A DNA stretch of 4,660 nt, taken from IMG/VR virus record IMGVR_UViG_2695420589_000010. One strand, written 5' to 3'. A program made the position numbers and the translations under genes. Of the stretch, positions 1-4,660 are shown piece by piece. How positions within the stretch are numbered: position 1 is the first letter of the stretch; the number at the start of each line of letters is the position of its first letter. Source of the DNA: a virus (lineage: Duplodnaviria > Heunggongvirae > Uroviricota > Caudoviricetes). The notes under the pieces are model-generated. The model ran no database searches, was not told where the DNA came from, and saw only the letters and a program-made list of their open reading frames with translations.

Positions 1-410
1 ATTATCTGAACATAAAACACTATCAATAAGTTGGAGTCATTACCTGCGCCCCCCTGTGGAATGTAGTAATAACGTTCCATAACGCGGGCACGCCATATTT
101 CCAGNNNNNNNNNNNNNNNNNNNNNNNNNNNNNNNNNNNNNNNNNNNNNNNNNNNNNNNNNNNNNNNNNNNNNNNNNNNNNNNNNNNNNNNNNNNNNNNN
201 NNNNNNNNNNNNNNNNNNNNNNNNNNNNNNNNNNNNNNNNNNNNNNNNNNNNNNNNNNNNNNNNNNNNNNNNNNNNNNNNNNNNNNNNNNNNNNNNNNNN
301 NNNNNNNNNNNNNNNNNNNNNNNNNNNNNNNNNNNNNNNNNNNNNNNNNNNNNNNNNNNNNNNNNNNNNNNNNTACGCCATCCCAGCGCACAAATCCCCG
401 GGCTGCCACC
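1..410 (-). CDS. Part of the baseplate gene downstream of the GP46-like gene (expected Mu gp47 / baseplate J-like); mostly masked, frame and ends unresolved
   Basis: Synteny only: in Mu-like modules gp47 follows gp46. Of the visible bases 1..104, two minus frames stop at 40..42 and 23..25, while the third is open to the window edge. All three frames are open in the island 374..410. The N-runs 105..373 (269 nt) and 411..790 (380 nt) are not multiples of 3, so frames cannot be linked. Confidence 0.3.
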
Positions 411-790
411 NNNNNNNNNNNNNNNNNNNNNNNNNNNNNNNNNNNNNNNNNNNNNNNNNNNNNNNNNNNNNNNNNNNNNNNNNNNNNNNNNNNNNNNNNN
501 NNNNNNNNNNNNNNNNNNNNNNNNNNNNNNNNNNNNNNNNNNNNNNNNNNNNNNNNNNNNNNNNNNNNNNNNNNNNNNNNNNNNNNNNNNNNNNNNNNNN
601 NNNNNNNNNNNNNNNNNNNNNNNNNNNNNNNNNNNNNNNNNNNNNNNNNNNNNNNNNNNNNNNNNNNNNNNNNNNNNNNNNNNNNNNNNNNNNNNNNNNN
701 NNNNNNNNNNNNNNNNNNNNNNNNNNNNNNNNNNNNNNNNNNNNNNNNNNNNNNNNNNNNNNNNNNNNNNNNNNNNNNNNNNNNNNNNNN

Positions 791-1122
791 AGTGCCAGCG
801 AGTCTGTCCCGGTCCGGACAGCGTTAATATCAAGACGGGAAGCAACACCATCCTCCACCATCCACGCCAGCGCCTCACGGACATAATCTCTGGCAAGCTG
901 CGGGGTTTTATTTGTCAGCTTGCTGCGTCGCAACAGATACAAACGCGACCCCGTGCGATCATTCTGAACCGCAGGCCAGGTATCCCCCCACCATCCAAAT
1001 ATCCGTGGTGCATCATCACGCCCGGCACGCCGCCATGTAAAAAGCGAAATAATCACAGCACGCGTCAGAAGGTCGATCGAAGCCCCGGTCGACACGGGTC
1101 GCCCGTTAACATTAATCATCAT
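791..1122 (-). CDS. Mu gp46-like (GP46 family) baseplate protein; N-terminal ~110 aa visible, 3' end lost in masked gap
   Basis: ATG at 1122..1120. The translation ...AVIISLFTWRRAGRDD...GWWGDTWP...GSRLYLLRRSK...EALAWMVEDGVA matches, from memory, the conserved GP46 pattern (VIISLFTDRRA / GWWGD / GSRLWLL / EDGVA). Position immediately after the gp45-like gene fits Mu order. The 360-aa ORF 40..1122 in the track is an artefact of reading through N-runs. Confidence 0.65.
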
Positions 1123-1127
1123 GATTT

Positions 1128-1661
1128 TCAGCCCATCGGTTGATCCGGCGTGTCAGTGATCCCGCCACCATCACCATTTTCGGTATGTTTGTGGGCATTG
1201 TAGGCCTGCCGCATTTGCTGCATGCTGAGTCCGCCACTGTCGCAATTGTCAGTAATATCGGCGGTGGATTCGACTGGCATTTCAAAGCGCGCTTTAGGCG
1301 CGTTTTTAAAAATTATGGCCTTCCCGGCCCCGTCCACCACAATACCGGAACGGGTCAGGACAACGGACTGTCCCAGATCGTCATAAAGCGCCACTTCCCC
1401 ACGTTTCAGTCCTTTCAGCCGGTAACGTCTGTCAGCCACGACCACAACCACACCATGAGAACGATCGCCCGCCGGAAATAAAGCAACGCCCTCAGCACCG
1501 TTCTGTGCGGCAGATGTAAAACCATAAGGTTCAAGGTGCTCAACGTGTTGTTTCTGATCTCCGGCTATCATTTTCAACCCTACAGACTGACACTTTCTGG
1601 CGGAATCCACCGCCGTGATGACAGCCCGGGAAATCAGATTACGAAGAGAAAACCCGTTCAT
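1128..1661 (-). CDS. Mu gp45-like baseplate spike / baseplate assembly protein V family
   Basis: 177-aa ORF with ATG at 1661..1659, preceded by a strong RBS. Size and position (after the hub gene, before the GP46-like gene) fit Mu gp45. Contains a C-terminal His-x-His (HKH, 1185..1193), as at the metal-binding apex of Mu gp45-type spikes, followed by a Gly-rich tail. Confidence 0.8.
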   Translation of the reverse strand: MNGFSLRNLISRAVITAVDSARKCQSVGLKMIAGDQKQHVEHLEPYGFTSAAQNGAEGVALFPAGDRSHGVVVVVADRRYRLKGLKRGEVALYDDLGQSVVLTRSGIVVDGAGKAIIFKNAPKARFEMPVESTADITDNCDSGGLSMQQMRQAYNAHKHTENGDGGGITDTPDQPMG

Positions 1662-1668
1662 CAGAAAT

Positions 1669-1675
1669 CCTCCTC
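1669..1675 (-). promoter_or_regulatory. Shine-Dalgarno GAGGAGG for the gp45-like gene, overlapping the stop codon of the hub gene
   Basis: Minus-strand sequence is ATGTTGAGGAGGATTTCTG-ATG. GAGGAGG lies 7 nt upstream of the ATG at 1661; the hub gene stop TGA (1674..1676) falls inside it. Confidence 0.55.
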
Positions 1676-2738
1676 AACATTTTTTTCTTCCTGGCGGTAA
1701 CAGGCTCGGGGAGATAAGCATNNNNNNNNNNNNNNGATAAGCATCTGCCGGGCCAACCCGTAATTCAGTCGTCGTGCCCCGGTCGTCCTGGTTATAGGTA
1801 ACTTCTGCGATCACCAGTTCATCATTATCAAAATTATTCAGCGGGTCGAAAACGATGACAGATAACCCCGGACGCCATAACGCGCCACTGCCCTGCCGCC
1901 AGCCCTGAACCGTATATGTTGTCTCACGGGTAAGCGCAGCCCGTTGGCGCGCTTCAAATTCACAACGGGCCTTACAGGTTGCTGTCGTTGCTGTGCCTGA
2001 CTGCTGAATCAACAAAGGGCGATAACGGGTCACGCCACTGTCCTGAATGGTCTGACGTATTGCGGCAATGGTGGCCTCACCAAAATCATCGTCGTTGCCC
2101 GGGCGCTGCCCACTGACCTGATATTCAGAAAACCGCTCTCTGATGCTTCTTTCCGTGTCACAGGAAAGAATATTCTCTCCCAGCACCAGCGCCGTCGCCG
2201 CTTTACCTGTTCCGGGTTTTCCCAGAACCAGTCGCCCGCATTCATCGTCATAAGCCAGCGTCTGAACCTGCCCCAGTAACCGGTTAAGACAATCGGCAAC
2301 GGTTTCGCCGTGTTCCGGCTGGGCATCAATCACCGCTGTCTGCGGCACGCCAGCATCAACAACGGTGATGCCAAATGGCGCAGCCAGTTCACTGACTATT
2401 CTGAGCAGGTTTTTTCCGCTCTGCTGGAGTGGCAAAGCAGAGCAGTCAACCAGATCGGCTGTTTTGCTTCGCCCGACAATTCCCATGCTGACGCTGCTGG
2501 CGTCATAACGAAGCGGTAGTGCCTCCACATATCCGGTGAGCACAGGCTCATCCCCGATAAGCACTTCAACCAGCTCACCATTTTTTATCCGGGGTTGATA
2601 ATCCCGGCTTCCGGGCCAGCGGGTGGTAATGGCAACATTAAAATCCCGGGCAATACGGTTAATGCCCGCACTGATACGGACGGATGTCCAGCCGCCCCAT
2701 TCGCGACCGGAAACCCGAAGTAAAACGGTATCATTCAT
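1674..2738 (-). CDS. Baseplate hub protein, Mu P/gp44-like (phage late control D family)
   Basis: 354-aa ORF. Its start ATG (2738..2736) overlaps the stop TGA (2737..2735) of the upstream DNA circulation gene as ATGA. Size and position between the DNA circulation gene and the gp45-like gene match Mu P. The last ~15 codons lie beyond a 14-nt N-run (1722..1735), so the C-terminus as translated (MLISPSLLPPGRKKC) is not reliable. Confidence 0.75.
   Translation of the reverse strand: MNDTVLLRVSGREWGGWTSVRISAGINRIARDFNVAITTRWPGSRDYQPRIKNGELVEVLIGDEPVLTGYVEALPLRYDASSVSMGIVGRSKTADLVDCSALPLQQSGKNLLRIVSELAAPFGITVVDAGVPQTAVIDAQPEHGETVADCLNRLLGQVQTLAYDDECGRLVLGKPGTGKAATALVLGENILSCDTERSIRERFSEYQVSGQRPGNDDDFGEATIAAIRQTIQDSGVTRYRPLLIQQSGTATTATCKARCEFEARQRAALTRETTYTVQGWRQGSGALWRPGLSVIVFDPLNNFDNDELVIAEVTYNQDDRGTTTELRVGPADAYXXXXXMLISPSLLPPGRKKC
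1713..1744. repeat. 9-bp direct repeat GATAAGCAT flanking the 14-nt masked gap 1722..1735
   Basis: Read directly: 1713..1721 and 1736..1744 are both GATAAGCAT. Most simply explained as a contig-end overlap or duplication artefact at an assembly gap. Confidence 0.85.
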
Positions 2739-4250
2739 CTGACGGGTACCCTTAATGCCCTGACCGGAACAAAGCCCGGATGAGAGATGGCATTTCGATC
2801 CAGGATATCAGTTTCACGGGACGCATCGTCGTACCATGACGCAGCCAGAACAAGCGCAGGCAGAACTTCCGCTGGCGTTCGCTCTGCGGTTTCCTCCGTC
2901 TGAACCAGACGCGCCTGAATATCCCGGTTCAGTTCTGTACGTAATGACGTCAGCTGAAAAAACAGCCTGTCATCCGCCGTACGCCTGAGCTCCTGTTCAA
3001 TCGCCGCGTTCAGCGATTCGCGTATGATGGTGAGATTTTCCCGCGTGGGTGGTTGCGCTCTCTCATCCTGTCCTGTGCTGGCTGCCACGCTGTCAAGTGC
3101 CGGATGAGAAACGTGAATAATATCGGACTGACGTTCAGTGGAACCACCAACAGCCACAACCGCCTGCTGATTTTTCACCAGGCTTCCGGGTTGTGGCAGT
3201 GAAGTGACCGCCCTTGTGGCTTCGCTGATTGCCGTCGTCCGGATGACAGCAGCCACAAGGTTTGTCTGCTGTTTTTGCCTGATAACCGATGCGGAATCTG
3301 TGGGCCACACCGCACGCGGTGCCAGTCCTGGGTCCAGCGTAATGCCGGACATTGTCGTTATGGACTGCACCAGATCCTGTGTGTTATCCACCAGCCGGGT
3401 TCCGGCCCGCCAGGTATCCTGCAACGTATGCACAAAATCACTGGCAACCGACGGCGGCATCAGAATGACGGATAAATCGCCCTGCAGTAGTCTCGCTCCG
3501 GCAGAAACAGCCGAATTAACCATTTTGAAAGCTGTCTGAACGGTNNNNNNNNNNNNNNNNNNNNNNNNNNNNNNNNNNNNNNNNNNNNNTATCGGTCGTC
3601 CGGGCAATAACATCGTTCTGAATAAAGTCCGGTATTCCCGCGAGATCAAAATCGCCGAACATGTCTTCAATCAACTCATCCAGGAATACGGACGACTCCT
3701 CCAGTTTTCTGGCGGTTGCAGCTCCGGCGACNNNNNNNNNNNNNNNNNNNNNNNNNNNNNNNNNNNNNNNNNNNNNNNNNNNNNNNNNNNNNNNNNNNNN
3801 NNNNNNNNNNNNGGCGACCGGAAATGACAGTTCCCCGCTCTCAACAAACTGAAATGAAACCCGGCACATACGGCCTTCAGTGCCGGAGTGAGAAACGGTC
3901 ACCTGCCCGTCAATACAGCCCTGCATTTCACCGAACTGCGGATGGATCAGCGTCCCCGGCCCGGCGGTTTCAATCGCTGTAATCAGCCTGTCGCGCTGCT
4001 CTGCGTAATCATCACCAACGAGATACGCATTAATCGTCAGCCGTCGCGTGGCACGCCCGAGATCTTCCGTGTACGGTTTGTCACGGTTTGGGTATTCATG
4101 GACCTGAACGCGGCGTCCGAACGAACCCTCGTCGCTCTCCACCGAAAACGGAACGCCACGAAATGAAGCGTCGTAAAGATTATCGCGCCAATTGATACCT
4201 GAAGATGCAGAAAAGAGTGAAGAAAGAGAAGGTAAAGAAGGTAAGTCCAT
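2735..4250 (-). CDS. DNA circulation protein (Mu N/gp43-like); reading frame breaks across masked gap 3545..3589
   Basis: The N-terminal ORF (3516..4250) carries the signature I recall for the DNA circulation N-terminal domain: NWRDNLYDASFRGVPFSVES...GRRVQVHEYPNRDKPYTEDLGRATRR...GDDY. ORF 2735..3670 is protein-like only below the gap (TVQTAFKMVNSAVSAGARLLQGD...) and ends ATGA-coupled to the hub gene. Above the gap only the 3516..4250 frame looks coding, so this is one gene with a frame switch inside the N-run. Confidence 0.75.
4227..4244 (-). repeat. Perfect in-frame tandem 9-bp repeat (AGAAGGTAA x2 on +, TTACCTTCT x2 on the coding strand) at codons 3-8 of the DNA circulation gene
   Basis: Read directly: 4227..4235 equals 4236..4244. 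Encodes LPS-LPS within the N-terminal peptide MDLPSLPSLSSLFSASSG, inside a ~50-nt purine-rich (+ strand) tract. Confidence 0.9.
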
Positions 4251-4255
4251 ACTGT

Positions 4256-4259
4256 CTCC
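4256..4259 (-). promoter_or_regulatory. Shine-Dalgarno GGAG for the DNA circulation gene
   Basis: Minus-strand sequence is ATAGTGGAGACAGT-ATG; GGAG lies 5 nt upstream of the ATG at 4250. Confidence 0.5.
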
Positions 4260-4263
4260 ACTA

Positions 4264-4290
4264 TAAAAAAACCGCCAATTTCTGGCGGCT
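4264..4290 (-). terminator. Rho-independent terminator downstream of the AT-rich ORF
   Basis: Minus-strand RNA reads AG-CCGCCA-GAAAU-UGGCGG-UUUUUUU-AUAG: a 6-bp GC-rich stem (plus a possible G-U closing pair), 5-nt loop, and a 7-U tract. It starts 7 nt after the stop codon at 4297..4299. Confidence 0.65.
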
Positions 4291-4296
4291 TATATA

Positions 4297-4660
4297 TTAA
4301 TCATCATTAATATCTTTCATATTCAATTTGCAATTTTCGTAGGTCACTCCCGACTCGCCATTAACATTAACTCCAGCTCTGATATTCCCGTTTTCTTTTA
4401 CATCTACAAAAAACTGGCCTCTTGGCATCTTGAACGCAAATGTAAAACCAACAGTATCTGAATCAAAATCATCATCTTTATATATTGGGATCAAAAATGT
4501 CATCGTCGCTGGTGATGCATTGTTTGCAAAATCAAATACACCTATACTTTTGCCGAATTCATAAGAAGCTTTTCTCAATATAATCGCACCGCTGGCAGAA
4601 GGGGATGGGCACGATATCCTCAGTTGTCTGAATCCATCTGTATCCAAGTCAACGTCATTA
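4297..4660 (-). CDS. Hypothetical protein, 5'-truncated by the window edge; AT-rich accessory (moron-like) gene
   Basis: The frame is open from the window edge to TAA at 4297..4299 (>=121 codons). The TTG 'start' at 4647 in the track is arbitrary; the true start is beyond 4660. Four 60-nt blocks give 33-37% G+C against 52-60% in the tail genes. The translation (...GVFDFANNASPATMTFLIPIYKDDDFDSDTVGFTFAFKMPRGQFFVDVKENGNIRAGVNVNGESGVTYENCKLNMKDINDD) is protein-like and probably beta-rich with an acidic C-terminus; I recognise no family. Confidence 0.55.
   Translation of the reverse strand, partial: NDVDLDTDGFRQLRISCPSPSASGAIILRKASYEFGKSIGVFDFANNASPATMTFLIPIYKDDDFDSDTVGFTFAFKMPRGQFFVDVKENGNIRAGVNVNGESGVTYENCKLNMKDINDD

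Noticed and set aside
49-54. C6 homopolymer as a programmed frameshift site
   Set aside because: Six bases with no flanking context (stimulatory structure, conserved dual frames) visible. The adjacent masking makes any frame argument unsafe.
105-790. Long N-runs as possible repeat or CRISPR-like masked structure
   Set aside because: N is missing data, not sequence. Nothing can be inferred about content, and the flanks show no repeat-spacer periodicity.
40-1122. 360-aa minus-strand ORF (and the overlapping 23..409 ORF) from the track
   Set aside because: It is open only because N-runs translate as X. The 269-nt and 380-nt gaps are not multiples of 3 and almost certainly contain a gene boundary (gp46 end, next gene start). 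Not a single protein.
1140-1481. Plus-strand ORF (113 aa) inside the gp45-like gene
   Set aside because: Antisense to a well-supported CDS, no RBS, and a low-complexity, non-protein-like translation. An overlapping-frame artefact.
2030-2581. ORFs 2030..2329 (-), 2310..2519 (+) and 2396..2581 (-) inside the hub gene
   Set aside because: Alternative-frame or antisense ORFs nested in a gene whose main frame is supported by synteny and coupling. Arg/Trp/Cys-rich translations typical of off-frame reads of GC-rich DNA.
4232-4250. Ser/Leu/Pro-rich N-terminus of the DNA circulation protein as a signal peptide
   Set aside because: No basic N-region and no continuous hydrophobic core. More consistent with a low-complexity extension created by the 9-bp tandem repeat.
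3204-4261. Plus-strand ORFs 3204..3539, 3275..3475, 3661..3852, 3716..3982 and 3888..4166, and minus-strand ORF 4037..4261
   Set aside because: All overlap the DNA circulation gene in other frames or antisense. Several are held open by N-runs. The 4037..4261 ORF starts inside the terminator. No independent support.
1-4660. tRNA, rRNA, CRISPR array, integrase or transposase
   Set aside because: No cloverleaf-compatible segment, no repeat-spacer array and no ORF with recombinase-like features. The window is structural tail genes plus one accessory ORF.

Overview
All credible coding capacity is on the minus strand and forms a Mu-like contractile-tail baseplate module, most likely a prophage or phage-tail-like element in an enterobacterial-type genome (sampled blocks are about 52-60% G+C). 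Reading in the direction of transcription (high to low coordinate): a partial AT-rich accessory ORF (4297..4660, about 35% G+C) followed by a rho-independent terminator; a DNA circulation protein gene (Mu N/gp43-like, 2735..4250); a baseplate hub gene (Mu P/gp44-like, 1674..2738); a spike/assembly gene (Mu gp45-like, 1128..1661); a GP46-family gene (791..1122, 3' end masked); and the masked start of the next baseplate gene (expected gp47/baseplate J-like). Five N-runs (105..373, 411..790, 1722..1735, 3545..3589, 3732..3812) interrupt the sequence; their lengths cannot be trusted, so frame breaks across them are not evidence of pseudogenes. The one candidate for something new is the AT-rich ORF at the right edge, a moron-like insertion with its own terminator sitting directly against the tail genes. 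No tRNA, rRNA, CRISPR array or transposase was seen. All family assignments are from remembered motifs and gene order, not from a search.
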